From NCBI RefSeq assembly GCF_009914755.1, contig NC_060943.1: a stretch of DNA of 64,000 bases. The stretch is one strand, 5' to 3'. Below, piece after piece: positions 14,673 through 39,537 of the stretch (position 1 is its first letter; every line of letters begins with the position of its first letter). The notes under the pieces were generated by a model, which saw only the letters and a list, made by a program, of their open reading frames with translations, had not been told where the DNA came from and ran no database searches. The DNA comes from the human T2T-CHM13v2.0 reference genome, Homo sapiens. Both the position numbers and the translations under genes were made by a program.

Positions 14673-15482
14673 TTAAGGTATTGTTATTTCAAGATACTGA
14701 GTTTTGGGGTCTCTTTTCTTGTGCAGCAATAGCTGACTGCTATGATAAGTAGCATTTATACTGCATTCATTATGTGGCAGACCCAAGTAAACAGAACCAC
14801 ACAGGTTATGTGAATGGCCAGTAAGGAGTAAAGTCAGAATTCAAATCCAGATTGGCTCTGGCATTAGGCTCTCAGCACTGTGCTATACTTCTCCTAGAGG
14901 AGAAACCTAACAATCACGACATTGTGATAAATGCTATTAATTCATAGAAGTGGGTGGACCTAACTCGGAGGATTGGAAAACACTTCCAGAAAGAAGTGAT
15001 GCTTGACCTGACAGTTAAGAGAAAGTGAAGGCTGTTGAAAAGGTTATGCAGAGGCCCATGGGCATGAACGACATAGCCCATAGTTCAGTGTGGCTGGCCC
15101 ATACAGTGAGCATGACTTGTGTCAAAAAATGAGAATGAAGATGTAGTCCAGATCTGATTCAAGCCTGTCTAAAGAGGGAGATGATCTGATTAGATTTGCA
15201 CCTCAGGAAGATCCATCTGTAGTATGTGGAGGATTGGAAGAGAGATATGATGCAAAAATTCCAGTTAAGAGGCCATGAAAGGGCCGGGCACTGTGGCTCA
15301 CACCTATAATACTAGCACTTTCGAGGGTTGAGGCAGGCAGACCACTTGAGGTCAGGAGTTTGAGACAAGCCTGGCCAACATGGTGAAACCCCAACTCTAC
15401 TAAAAATACAGAAAAAACTAGCCGGGCGTGGTGGCGGGTGCCTGTAATCCCAGCACTTTGGGAGGCCAAGGCGGGTGGATCA

Positions 15483-15995
<513 letters not shown>

Positions 15996-16384
15996 TCACA
16001 GCGCTCACTGTAACCTCGACCACCAGAGCTGAAGCGATCCTCTTGGCTCAGCCTCTTGAGTAGCTGGGACCACAGGCATGCACTACTATGCCCGCCTAAT
16101 TTTTTTATTTTTATTTTTATTTTTGGTAGAGATGGGGGTCTCTCTATTTTTCCCAGGCTGGTCTTGAACTCCTAGGGCTCAAGCAAGCTTCACACTAGCC
16201 TCCCCAAGTGCTAGGACTGCAGGCATGAGCCACCCATGACTCCTCTTTTCAACTAGGCATCATTCTTGGATCCTGTCCTTAGCCTGCTTCTGTCAGTCTT
16301 GGCAAAGAATCCTGCTAAATTATACCCCAATCCTTAATATTTTATCACCCTGGCCAGCCTTCAGCAAGAATCCTTAAGTTAGCA

Positions 16385-17065
16385 TCTTAATCCATTTGGG
16401 CTACTCTAACAAAATAACATAGATTGAGTGGCTTAAAAGCAACAGAAATTCATTTCCCACAATTCTAGTGGCTGGGAAGTCCAAGAGCAAGGCACCAGCG
16501 CATTCAGTGCCTGCTGAGAATCTGCTTCTTGGTTCATAGATGACCATTTTTTCATTGTGCCCCCACATGGTGGAAGGGTTGAGGGACCTCTCTGGGATCT
16601 GTTTGATAGAGGCATTAATCCCATTCCTGAGGGCTCCAGTCCCATAACTTTATCACCTCCCAAAGGCCCTGCCTCCAACACCATCACATTGAGGATTAGG
16701 TTTCAATACATGAATTTGGGCCTGGCACAGTAGCTCACGCCTGTAATCTCAGCATTTTGGGAGGCCACGGCAGGTGGATCACCTGAGGTCAAGAGTCCAA
16801 GACCAGCCTGGCCAACATGGCAAAAACCTGTCTCTACTAAAACTACAAAAATTAGCTAGGCGTGGTGACATGGGCCTGTAATTCCAGCTACTTGGGAGGC
16901 TGAGGCAGGAGAATCACTTGAACCCGGAAAGCGGAAGTTGCAGTAAGCTGAGAATCATGCCACTGCACTCCAGCCTGGGCAACAGGGCGAGACTCCATAA
17001 AATTAAAAAAAAAAAAACCAAAAACATGAATTTGAAGGAGACACAAACATTGTCTACAACAATGG
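16385..17065 (-). mobile_element. MLT1A-type MaLR LTR with an inserted Alu, nested in an ERV1-like LTR
   Basis: tcttaatccatttgggctact...gtggcttaaaagcaacagaaatt...ggattaggtttcaatacatgaatttg. Confidence 0.65.
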
Positions 17066-18846
17066 TTTGGCAAGAATCCCCCTATCTGCCGAGTGCAGTG
17101 GCTCATGCCTGTAATCCCAACACTTTAGGAGGGAAAAGCAGGAAGATTGCTGGAGGCCAGGAGTTCAAGAGCAGCCTGGGCAACATAGTAAGACCCTGTC
17201 TCTATTAAAAATAAAAAAGAATCCCCCTATGCTTGATGTTTCCTCTTAGTCATTTTTCACCCACTAAACCCTTCACTCTGCTCATCGGCTGTAAATGCCA
17301 ATCTGTCTTTGCTGTTTTGGAAACTGAGCTCATTTCTCTGCTGAAGTCTCTTTTCCCCTATTACAATAGTACCGAATAAAACTGTCTTTACCACTTTTAA
17401 CCGGTGTCCAGCTCTGTCTCTTCGACAGCATCCAGATGAGTCACAAAGACCTGAACTAAAGCATTAGCAGTTAGGATCCATCAAGCATTTCTTTAGGATT
17501 TATTGTTTTAAGTCCTCAGATTTTGTCTAAGGCAATGGGAATGTAGCAAGCAGTAAACACAACAGGCAAAAATCCCTGCCCTGGGCCGGGTGAGGTGGCT
17601 AACGCCTGTAGAAGTGGCAGAAGTTCCATGCACCCAGACTGCCTCCCACCTCAAGTATCAGCCACAGCAACTCATTTTTCTGCCTCGGAGCTTTTTTGCA
17701 GCTATTGAAGGCTGTCTGCGTGCAGATGCTGCCAGAAGTTAGGAAGAGATAAAGCCCCGAGGAGGTAACGCTCAACCAGTGCAGAGTCAATAAATGAATG
17801 TGTCACTCCCCACCCTCATCCGCTTGGGGGACTATTCTGACTTTTTTTCTGCACCATTTACTTGCAGGAGTAGCTCAATAATGCACTCTTCATTGGCTTT
17901 TCCTCCTAACCTGTCTGCCTCTTCCAATATCCCTGTTACTGCTTCCTGAAACCATTTTCCAAATAAACTATCAGAAAAGCAAAATGAAGACGCAATCGAA
18001 GAGAACACTTGGGGCTGGGCGCAGTGGCTCACGCCTGTAATCCCAGCACTTTGGGAGGCCGAGGCAGGCAGATCACAAGGTCAGGAGTTCAAGACCAGCC
18101 TGGCCAACATGGTGAAATCCCATCTCTACTAAAAATACAAAAATTAGCCAGGCATGGTGGTGCACGCTTGTAATCCTAGCTACTCAGGAGGCTGAGGCAG
18201 GAGAATTGCTTGAACCCAGGAGGCGGAGGTTGCAGTGAGCCAAGATCACACCACTGCACTCCAGCCTGGGGGACAGGGCGAAACTCCATCTCAGAAAAAG
18301 GAAAAAAAAAAAAAGAGAACACTTGGAAAGACCAGGAGTGGACATGATGTCAAATAAAAGCAGACAGCCCAAGAATAACAGAGTGAAACAGAGGCGGAGG
18401 AAAAAAAGAATTGAGACTTAGGGGAAAGCCATTTCCCATCGTTAACTACTTTCAGGGCAAAAGGAGAAGTAATTGGAGAAGTGATTGGTTTAGTGATTTT
18501 TCTAAAAATAGTTTCTGTGTTAATTAAAATTTACAGAGAAAGCAAATCAATGTGTTCCCCTTTATCTCTGCCTAATTTCTGTCCTCCCAACTCATGAGTG
18601 GGGCTATTGAAGACATTAAAGAGAACAAAGTTGCTAAGGACATGAAAACCCATGGGAAAACATCCTTACATGAGTGAATGCCTAGAGAGCCAGCCAGTCC
18701 CACCTGTATCCATTCTAAGGCAAAGACTAAACATACAATTTATCCTCTAAAAAAATCCAGGTGGGATCAGGTGTGGTGGCTCACGCCTGTAATCCCAACA
18801 CTTTGGGAGACCAAGGTGGGGAGGATTACTTGAGGCCAGGAGTTCA

Positions 18847-19087
<241 letters not shown>

Positions 19088-19540
19088 CTAAAACCTAGAT
19101 GTAATGACGGAGCTCTTGTGCCCTCCCGTGGGCATCATGCCTCAGATCGGGAGAGCAGCTCTAAGCGCTCTCTGGGGAGAAGCTTGTCAGACACAAGCAT
19201 GCATCTGTCAATGGAATTCCAGGCACCGAGGCCAACATTAGCATGCAAGCGAAATGCTGAAGGATGTTATGCTAAATGCAAAAGCCAGGCACAGAAAGAC
19301 CAATTCCACATGCTCTCACTCCTCTATGAGATCTAAAAAAGTTGAACTCAAAGATGCAGAGAGAAGAATGATGATTACCAGGGGCTGAATGGGGAGTGGT
19401 GGGAAGTGGAGAGATTTTTGTCTAAGAGTGTAAGTTGCAGTTAGACAGGAGGAATACTTTTTTTCTTTCTGCAAGTTATGGTGTACATGAGAAATGTTTT
19501 ACATGTATATAATGCATAGTGATTAAATCAGGGTATTTAG

Positions 19541-19786
<246 letters not shown>

Positions 19787-20281
19787 TGATCCGCCCCTCC
19801 GGCCTCCCAAAGTGCTGGGGTTACAGGCGTGAGCCACCGTGTCTGGCTGAGAAGGAATACTTTTTTTATTTGTGCAAATTATGGTGTACTGAGACATTTT
19901 TTATGTGTATATAATGCATAGTGATTAAATCAGGGTATTTAGGGTATCCAGGGTATCTGTCACCTAAGTACAATACATTTTTTTAAGTATAGTCATTCTA
20001 CTCTGCTATCAAACATGGAATATGGCCGGGCACCGTGGATCGTGCCTGTAACCATAGCAGGCAAGGATTACTTTGCCTTTCACCTTTGGGAAGCCAAAGC
20101 ATAAAAATTACTTGAGTCCAGGAGTTCGAGACCAGCCTAGACAACACAGCCGACAACCTTTTTTATTTTTTTGAGACGGAGTCTCACTCTGTCGCCCAGG
20201 CTGGAGTGCGGTGGCACTATCTCAGCTCACTGCAGCCTCCGCCTCCCAAGTTCAAGCAATTCCCCAGCCTCAGCCTCCTGA

Positions 20282-20554
<273 letters not shown>

Positions 20555-21855
20555 TAAATGACCATCCATGAACAAATCGATGAGCGATTCAATTAATTGT
20601 TTACCCAGCTCAGGCCTAAATGGGAAGAGGAGGAAAGCAAAGTAGAATAATATGAGGGCACAGCAAAGGATGCCCCTACAAAACCATGCGTAGAACACCT
20701 CCCCAGAAACCCCCATACTATAGGGGTTCTGGCTATGGCCTTCAACACAAGTTTACCAACAACAGGTTTCCTTTGGGGATAATGAAAATATTCTGAAACT
20801 AAATAGAGGTGGTTAGCCGCCTGTGATCTCAGCTACTTGGGAGGCCAAGGCGGGAGGATCACTGGAGCCCAAGAATTTGAGATCAGCCTAGGCACCATAG
20901 TGAGAACTTGTCTCATTTTGTGTGTGTGTGTGTGGTTTTTTGTTTTTAAATGTTGTGGCGGTTGCATAACATTGCAAATGTACTGCCACTGAACTGTTCT
21001 TTTTAAACTTTTTCTTTTTTTTTGAGATGGAGTTTTGCTCTTCTTGCCCAGTCCTGCCTCAGCCTCCCAAGTAGCTGGGATTACAGGCACCCGCCACTAC
21101 GCCCAGCTAATTTTTTGTATTTTTAGTAGAGACAGGGTTTCACCATATTGGCCAGGCTGGTCTCGAACTCCTGACCTCAGGTGATCCGCCCACCTCAGCC
21201 TCCCACAGTGCTGAGATTACAGGCGTGAGCCACCGCGCCCAACCTAAAACTTAATTTTATGTTTTGTGAATTTCAGTTCAACTTTGTTTGTTTATTGAGA
21301 CAGAGTCTCTCTCTGTCACCCAGGCTGGAGTGCAGTAGCATGATCTCGGCTCACAACAGCCTCAAACTCCTGGGCCCAAGCCATCCTCCCACCTCAGCCT
21401 CCCGAGCAGCCAGGATTACAGGCACGCACCTCCACTCCCAGCTAATATTTTGTATTTTTTTGTAGAGACGAGGTCTCACTGTGTTTTCCAGGCTGGTATC
21501 GAACTCCTAGTCTCAGGTGATCCTACCGCCTTGGCCTCCCAAAGTGTTGAAATTACAGAAAACAGCCACCCTGCCTGGCTCAATTTAAAAAAGAAAAAAA
21601 CTGATATACAAATTTGAAAAGTTTTGCTAAAAAGGAAAAACAAAGGCTCCCTCTGGCTGCAGTGTGGAGAATAGACTGCCCCATGAGGCGAAGTGGATTG
21701 TGATGGTCATGAGGAAGCTGGAGGGTGTACCTCAGTTCTCGAACTTCAGTTATTATACTTTCCTTAGTTCTATGACTTATGAAATATTTCTCAGCCGGGC
21801 GTGGTGGCTCAAGCCTGTAATCCCAGCACTTTGGGAGGCCGAGGCAGGTGGATCA

Positions 21856-22398
<543 letters not shown>

Positions 22399-22580
22399 TG
22401 AAATATTTCTTGAGGGACATAGAATATTTGGTCTCAGTGCCAGCAGGCCTGCTGAATTTCCCGAGTCTTGGGAAATGCCAAGAAATAAAGGTACTATCAC
22501 CAGGCAAGCTGGAGTGGTGAGCGACTTGATAGTCTCAGAATGATATCGCCAGCTGTTGGAAATCTTGTAGAACTGGCTAA

Positions 22581-23085
<505 letters not shown>

Positions 23086-23954
23086 TCAAGCCTGGACCAC
23101 ACATCTTTTGGCTTTCTTCAGCCTTCTCCAACCCCTCAAGGCAGCCCAAAAGTTTGGGGCTAAAGACCCCAGGGTGAGCTGGACATGGTAGCCCATGACT
23201 GTAATCCCAGCATTTTAGGAGGCTGAGGTGGGAGGATCACTTGAGCCCAGGGGTTCAAGACCAGCCTGGGTAACATAGGGAGACCTTGTCTCTACTAAAA
23301 ATAAAAATTTTTAAAAAGTCAGGCGTGGTAGCATGCACCTGTAGTCCCAGCTACTCAGGGGCCGAGGTGGAAGATCAAGGCTGGAGTGAGCTATGATCAC
23401 ACCACTGCATTTCACCCTGTACAACAGAGTGAGACCCTGTCTCTAAAAAAGAAAAAAGACTTCAGGCTGTAATTGATCACAGTGAACATCAGCACATCGT
23501 ATCACATGTCCCCTAATAGGCTATACTCAAAAGGACGCATCATTTCTGTGGAATTCCTGCCAGAAATGCATAACCTCATAGGCAGAGTAGTCAAATTCAC
23601 AGTGACAAAAAGGTGCTTTCCAGGGACTGCGAGGAAGCAGGGAATAGGAAATTATTGCTCAATGGGTACAGAGTTTCAGCTTGGAAAGATGCAAACATCC
23701 TGGAGAAGGATAGCGGTGCTGGTTACACAACAATGTGATGTACTTAGTATCACTGAACTGTTCACTTACAAATTGTTAAGATGGGCTGGAGGCGATGGTT
23801 CATGCCTGTAATCCCAGTGCTCTAGGAGGCCAAGACTTTTTGAGGACAGGAGTTTGAGACCGCCATGGGCAACCCCATCTCCCAATAGCGAGACCCCATC
23901 TCCAAAAAAAATTAAGATGGTACATTTTATATTGTGTATATTTTGCCACAGTTA

Positions 23955-24846
<892 letters not shown>

Positions 24847-25290
24847 GGACCAGAGAAGTTAAGGAGCTCTCCCAAGGTCCCACAGCCAAGAAATAGCAGA
24901 GGTAAGGCTCCAACCAGACAACCCAGTGTCACACTCTACCCTCTCGATCACTACACTCTGCCACCTCTAAGAGTTAAGCAATTTCCCATTTAAAATTTCA
25001 CTAATTTAGACCCAGATTTATGTCCCCATAATTCCCTATTGTAAACCCAAACAACATTCTTCCACCAACTTATTTGAATAACGTGTGTAGGACAGAAAGA
25101 AGTGACAGCTTGAAACTACTCTAATTTTACTTACGAATAATTGAGGTTGATTCATGCTGCTTTCTAAAAAACTGGTAATCCTCTTGGTGTTCCAGGATGC
25201 CAAATTTGTCACGTACGTCTCTTACAACTTCTACTATTCTCTCTCGAAAGCAGTACTCAAAAGCAGACAGTCACAAAGATAGGGTACTCA

Positions 25291-26074
<784 letters not shown>

Positions 26075-26109
26075 CTAAACTAAAGAGACCCTAAAAGGGA
26101 GCAGTTTAG

Positions 26110-26568
<459 letters not shown>

Positions 26569-26834
26569 TAACAGTGTCACCAACTGGGTGGCTTAACACA
26601 ACAGAAATGTATTCTTTTACAGTTCTGGTAGCTAGAAGTCAGAAATCAAGGTGTCAGCAGGGCCACACTCCCTCTGCAGGCTCTTTCTTGCCTCTTCTAG
26701 CTTCTGGTAGCCCCTGGCGTTCCTTGGCTTATGGTTGCATCACTCTAATCTCTGCTTCCATCTTCACATGGCCATCTTCCCTTTATCTCTCTCTGTCATC
26801 TCCTCTTACTGTAAAGTGGCCACTAGTCAGGCTA

Positions 26835-26945
<111 letters not shown>

Positions 26946-27131
26946 CTACCAAAAATAAAAAATTAGCCAGGTATAGTGGTGTGCATCTGTAGTCCCAGCT
27001 TTTTGGGAGGCTGAGGCAGGAGGATTACTAGAGCCCAGGAATTAGCGACTTCAGTAAGCCATGATCATGCCACTGCACTCCAACCTGGGCAACACAGGGA
27101 AACCCTGTCGCTTTAAAAATAATAATAATAG

Positions 27132-27882
<751 letters not shown>

Positions 27883-27929
27883 TCATGCCTGTAATCCCAG
27901 CACTTTGGGAGGCCAAGGCAAGAGGATCA

Positions 27930-28194
<265 letters not shown>

Positions 28195-28741
28195 TCAAGA
28201 ATATCCAAGAATGAAGTCATTTTGGACTGGGGCCCACCTTAATGACATCATTTAACTTGGTAATATCTGCAAATAGATTTCCAAATCAGGTCTCATTCAC
28301 AGACACTGAGGGATAAGACTTTGACATATCTTTGAGGGGACACAAGGTAACTCCTAACAGCCATCACCTCGAGCACTGTCCCCGTTGCAGGGTTGATGCT
28401 GGGATGGAGGAATGTCCCTGTTTCTACTCCATGGAGGAGAAAGAGCACAGAGTAGCCCACACTTGGTGTTAGAAGGCCCGTACCCAGAAATGCCATGCCT
28501 CATCACTGTTCATTTTTCACTGGACGGACGGTGCCCTCCATGGCTACACCTGGCTACAATGAAGGCTGGGACAAGTAACCCTTAACTGGGCCACCATGCA
28601 AGGTGAAACAGCACCACTGCTATGCAAGCAAAAGAAAGCAAACTTTGGTCCGGGCACGGTGGCTCACGCCTATAATCCCAGCACTTTGGGAGGTCGAGGA
28701 GGGCGGTTCACGAGGTCAGTAGTTCGAACCCAGCCTGATCA

Positions 28742-29394
<653 letters not shown>

Positions 29395-29569
29395 TTAAGG
29401 GCAGGGAGTGGTGGCTCACGCCTGTAATCCCAACACTTTGGGAGGCCAAGGCAGGTGGACCATGAGGTCAGGAGTTCGAGACCAGCCTGGCCAATATGGT
29501 GAAACCTCGTCTCTGCTAAAAATACAAAAATTAGCCGGGCATGGTGGCATGCACCTGTAGTCCCAGCTA

Positions 29570-29677
<108 letters not shown>

Positions 29678-30422
29678 TCAAAAAGAAAAATAAATAAATA
29701 ATAATAACAATAATAATAAAATAAATTAAATTAAGTCTCTTGCTCACAAGAGGATAAATGATAGGCATGGTTTCAACATGCTTTTCTAATAGCAATGAGA
29801 TGGGACATTTCAACTCTTTAGACACTTTTCCCCTTGGCTGTATATTTTTGTGCCACTTCCTGGAATTAAGAGCATATTGTGGGCCAGGCTTAGTGGCGCA
29901 CGCCTGTAATCCCAGCTACTCGGGAGGCTGAGGTACAAGAATCACTTGAACCTGGGAAGAGGAGGTTGCAGCGAGCCGAGATCACACCACTGCACTCCAC
30001 AGCCTGGGAGACAAAGTGAGATCAGTCTCAAAACAAACAAACAAACAAACAAACAAACAAAAAAACGTTAAAATGAAGGCTATAGTTTAGATTCATCCCC
30101 CCCACCCAAGGCCAACCACCCATAACCACACAAAGTTTGTCATCTTGATTCCCCTGAAATGCTAGCTCTAATCATAAATGAAACATGAAAATGTAAGTTT
30201 TACATCCTTGTCAGCATGATTCAGTGAAATTAAACCAATCGGCTGTAGACAAATGAGCTTAAACGGGTCTATTTGCCTTAAAAAGAAGTTAATGTAAAAC
30301 AGCCAATCACAAAAAAGCTCAAAATACTTCCTCCTTTATGCCTTATAAACTTGCCCTAACTGCTGTAAGAGAACTTCTTACCACTTGATTTGACATCTCC
30401 TGAATCAAGACTTGCTGTATGA

Positions 30423-30893
<471 letters not shown>

Positions 30894-31097
30894 TGAAGTA
30901 TGCTCTCTAAAAGACAAATTAGAAGAAGGTGCCCTATCCTCCAACTTGGAGAACACAGCCTAGGCCGGACTTCAGCCCCATTCTCATGCCCTCGGCCAGG
31001 CACACTTGTTCAGGGCACAACCTGCACAATCGTACACAGTGGCCCTGACTATGTCTGTATGCAACTACAAAAACAATAGGCCGGACGCGGTGGTTCA

Positions 31098-31492
<395 letters not shown>

Positions 31493-31499
31493 CTAATGG

Positions 31500-32110
31500 A
31501 ATTAGTCACCACTGAGTCATTTCTGCAAACTTCAGGTTTGCGGTTTTGCCTAAGCAAGATCTGGCCGGAGAAGTGAGATAAATTATAGATGTCGCTAATA
31601 AATTACAGATTACTCAAAGGCAAAAGAGGAAAGAAAAAAAAAAATTGACTCGTGTATATGAACCGAATTGAGTCAGGGGTCTCCACCGGCGCTTAATCAT
31701 GGCCGAGATCCTCCTGCTTCTGCCTGTCCTTTGGTAGACACACGCTACAAGTCAGCTTCTGTCCATCGAGGAAGGGAACGAACTAACAACAAAGAACAAT
31801 TAAGAGAAGGTTGGCCCCGTGAAAACAAGGGACCATTGAAGAGCGAGTAAAGGCTTGGCCACGTTCTGGCCCCGCCCCACCCCGGTCGCCCTGACAACAG
31901 CGCCGGCGTCTGGGCTGAGCTTCGGACTCGCAGCCAGCCTCCCACAGGCCACCGCGCGCGCTCACTTGCGCATGCGCCTCGGAGCTGGCTTCAACCAGCG
32001 AAGGCTGAACCCGCTTCCAGGGTCCTCGCCGAGCTGGGAGTTAGGATCCGAGGGGGCCAAGAGGGATAAGAAAACTTCTCTGGGTGCCCACGTGGTACTG
32101 AGCGCCCTTG
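31500..32110 (+). promoter_or_regulatory. Upstream CpG-rich promoter/enhancer (likely alternative YJU2B promoter)
   Basis: Non-repeat CpG-rich patch. GC box GGCCCCGCCCC 31868-31878, NRF1 site TGCGCATGCGC 31967-31977, AP-1 TGAGTCA at 31513 and 31669. Confidence 0.7.
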
Positions 32111-32776
32111 GGAGGGCTCTGGAGAAGACCATCGCCTTCCAGGGTAGCTCCCTCCCTCAAAGGTTTGAGATCATGGTCCAGTTCTCGGGTCTCCCAGCCT
32201 CAGTTTCCCCATTTGTAGGAAAGGCGTTCACAGCCTCTATCTCAGAGGAGGCTTTGAGGATTCAGAGAGCTCAGAAGAGGGTAGGCTTTGTGGTGAGCGC
32301 TGGGTAGGACTTCGGGGTGGGAGTGGTGGGCTGAAGAGTCCCCGACAACAGCCCGAGGAAGTATTATTATTGTTCTTATTTTACAGGGAAGGAAACTGAG
32401 GTCCAGAAAAGTTATGACTCGCCCCAAGGGGATTGCCTGGCAGGACGTGAAGGGGAAGAGGCCCACCCTGGAGTAACCCTCACTGGAGAATCCAGAGGTG
32501 AGATGAGCCTTGTACCTATCTCAGCAGAGGGAGTAGGATAATATTTAAATATTAAGGGTGGGGAGAAGGAATGAAGGCAAGAAATAAAATGCCCAAAATG
32601 CCCCAAACGCCATCCGGACCATAAAAGTGATGGCGATAGTGTTGGACTTAGGAGCTCAAAGATGCTAACCTTGACAGGCCTGGTGGCCCAAGTCTGTAGT
32701 CTCAGCTACTTGGAAGGCTGAGGCAGGAGGATCGCTTTAGCCCAGGAGTGCCAATCCCTCCTGGGCAACATAGTGA

Positions 32777-33346
<570 letters not shown>

Positions 33347-33524
33347 TAGCCAGGATAGTCTCGATCTCCTGACCTCGTGATCCACCTGTCTCGGCCTCCC
33401 AAAGTGCTGGGATTACAGGCATGAGCCACCACGCCCGGCCTTGCTGGAAAATTCTTAAGCCCACCTGGCATCTCCATCTTAGTCAAACGGCCCACCAACT
33501 TCCTGTTCAAACTGAGCTATTTTG

Positions 33525-34058
<534 letters not shown>

Positions 34059-34607
34059 CCATGAGCCAAGAATTAAAAGAGAGAAATCTGTTAGTTTTCA
34101 CTAAATAGATTTGAATTCTTTATTTTATTTTATTGTTTTTGTTTCATTTTATTTTGAGAGGCAGGATCTCACTCTGTCCCCCAGGCTGGAGTACAGTGGT
34201 GCAATCATGACTCACTGTAGCCTCCAACTCCTGAGCTCAAGGGATCCTCCCACTTCAGCCTCCCTAGTAGCTGGGACTATAGGCATGCACCACCCTGCTT
34301 GGCTAATTTTTGTATCTTTTGTAGAGACAGGGTCTCACTATGTTGCCCAGGCTAGTCTCAAACTCTTGGCCTCAAGAGACCCTCTCACCTCAGTTTCCCA
34401 AATTGTTGAGATTACAGGCGTGAGCCAGCACGCCTGGTCTTGAATTCTTTAACCATTGTCCTCTACCAGAAAGTATACACTATATTAATTCTCTCACTGT
34501 AGAGATTGTTTTTTTTTTTTTGAGATGGAGTCTCGTTCTGTCACCCAGACTGGAGTGCAATGGCACGATCTTCACTCACTGCAACCTCTGCCACCGGGTT
34601 CAAGTGA

Positions 34608-35130
<523 letters not shown>

Positions 35131-35414
35131 TAGCCAGATTTTCTGGAAACTGGTTGACCCAGTTGGATTATATGAAACACAATGGATGATTGTAATCAAC
35201 AGTTCAACTGAGTGGAACTAGCCCTGGCCAAGGATCAGGAGATCTTAGCAGGGCACAGCGGCTCATGCCTGTAATCCAGCACTTTGGGAAGCCTAGGCGG
35301 GTGGATCACCTGAGGTCAGGAGTTCAAGACCAGCCTGGCCAACATGGTGAAACCCCATCTCTACTAAAAATACAAAAAATTAGTCGGGCATGGTGGTGGG
35401 CACCTGTAGTCTCA

Positions 35415-35582
<168 letters not shown>

Positions 35583-36076
35583 TTATCACTTAACTTTTCC
35601 CTGGACTTGTTTTCCCCTCTGTCAAATGAGGATGTTGAGGTGATTTCTAAGGACTTACAAACACCCAGATTCTGACAGGATGCTCCCTCCCCGTCCCCCA
35701 CCAGAAGTTATTGAAGCCGCCCAGCCACCCCAGTGTCTGTGTTTTTTTTTTTTTTCTCCAGCCCCCAGCCCAGTCCCCTAAACACATCTTTTGGAGTCAG
35801 CTCTTCCAAGCTGTTGTTACCACTCAGACAAACTCATTATTATTCCTGATGCTAATGGGTAAATTACGGTGGTGGTTAACACAGCAGTGGCAGGGGCTCC
35901 TTTGTGGGAAATTATGGTGTTTAAGCACAAGACACCCTGGGGTTTGCCTGAGGAAAAATAAAATTTAAAACTGGCCTCTTGCGGCCGGGTGCGGTGGCTC
36001 ACGCCTGTAATCCCAGCACTTTGGGAAGCCAAGGCGGGCGGATCACGAGGTCAGGAGATCGAGGCCATCCTGGCTA

Positions 36077-36424
<348 letters not shown>

Positions 36425-36492
36425 TTAATTAATTCTCTAGAGCATCCACCTGCTTTTCTTTCTTTCTTTTTTTTTTTTTTTTTTTTTTGTGA

Positions 36493-36624
<132 letters not shown>

Positions 36625-36637
36625 TAAGCCCGGCTAA

Positions 36638-37125
<488 letters not shown>

Positions 37126-37128
37126 CTA

Positions 37129-37341
<213 letters not shown>

Positions 37342-37795
37342 TGATCTTCCTGCCTCAGTCTCCACGCTATCTGTGACTATAAGCACATGACAACACCCAG
37401 CCTAGTTTTTAAACTTTTTTTGTAGAGCATCTCACTATGTTTCACAGGCTGGTCTTGAACCCCTGGGCTCAAGGGATCCTCCCACTGCAGCCTCCCAAAA
37501 ATGCTGGGATTACAGGCATGATCCACTGTGCCTGGCCACTTCTTTGCTCTCTTCAGCTTTTGTTCTAGTGTCTTCAGTTTGGATGATACTGGTCAGACCA
37601 TTTTCTAGGAGCAGGATCCCAATTCTTCAAGTTCCTGCTCTTCCTGGGTAGTTCATAGAATCTTCTGGCCCTTTGTCCTAATCCAACAACTGCAGAGTAC
37701 ATAGAAAAGCAGGTAGGGCTGGGCGCGGTGGCTCACACCTGTAATCCCAGCACCTTGGGAGGCCGAGGCAGGTGGATCACGAGGTCAGGAGTTCA

Positions 37796-38046
<251 letters not shown>

Positions 38047-38884
38047 CTATTGGACAGTTCTAGACCATACTCCATGCCCTTGGGAAATAATATAAATGAG
38101 ACAGTTTTCCAAAGGTAAATAAGCTTCAGGAATGCCAACAAAGTGCTGCTAGCTCTTTGTATGGATGAATCTATCAGAATGATCACTCTTCTGGCCTTCC
38201 CTGCTTCGAAACAGGCCATCTGCCCCTTGGTGTTGAGTATCCCAGTAGCCATTGGGTTCTAGACCAAGCTGGACACAGTGATTCTTGTGATTCAAATGTT
38301 TCTCCTCAACTGAAAAAGCTCAGGGTGTCTTTTGGACTGTCCCTCAAAACCTAGCTTTCCACTAATTAGTGAAGCATGACTTTTCCATGCCATGTCTGTT
38401 CTGGGAAGTTTCCTCTTCATCGTGGCCTTGGGCCCCAGGGAAATTTCAGTGGATGAGCAGAAGAAGTGGAAAAGGGGATGAAAAGTCAGGTGGAATGACA
38501 TCATCCATCATTATGGCATCATCACAGCTCTTACATCATTGTCATCATAGATTGTCACTGTTATGGATTGATTTTCTTCTGATTCTTGGTATCCATTTCT
38601 TCACATGTGTTTAAAACTCTTTTGACTGACTGCTTACCTAACAGAAGTTTCTTGTGTTGAGTTCCTTTGCCAGATAAAAACAAAATAAGGCTGGGTACAG
38701 TGGCTCACACCTGTAATCCTAGCACTTTAGAAGGCCAAGGCGGGCGGATCACTTGAGATCAGGAGTTCAAAACCAGCCTGGCCAACACGGTGAAACCCCG
38801 TCTCTATTAAAAATACAAAAAAGCCGGGCGTGGTGGCTCACGCCTGTAATCCCAGCACTTTGGGAGGCCGAGGCGGGCAGATCA

Positions 38885-39274
<390 letters not shown>

Positions 39275-39351
39275 CTAAATAAATAAATAAACAAACAAAC
39301 AAATGGATTTATGGTTATTTATATAAATCAGTTGCACTCAAATACATATAG

Positions 39352-39537
<186 letters not shown>

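Noticed and set aside
31855-32307. 150-aa ORF over the upstream CpG patch
   Set aside because: It starts at TTG, has no recognisable domain, and runs into MIR-like sequence. Open frames are expected in GC-rich promoters.
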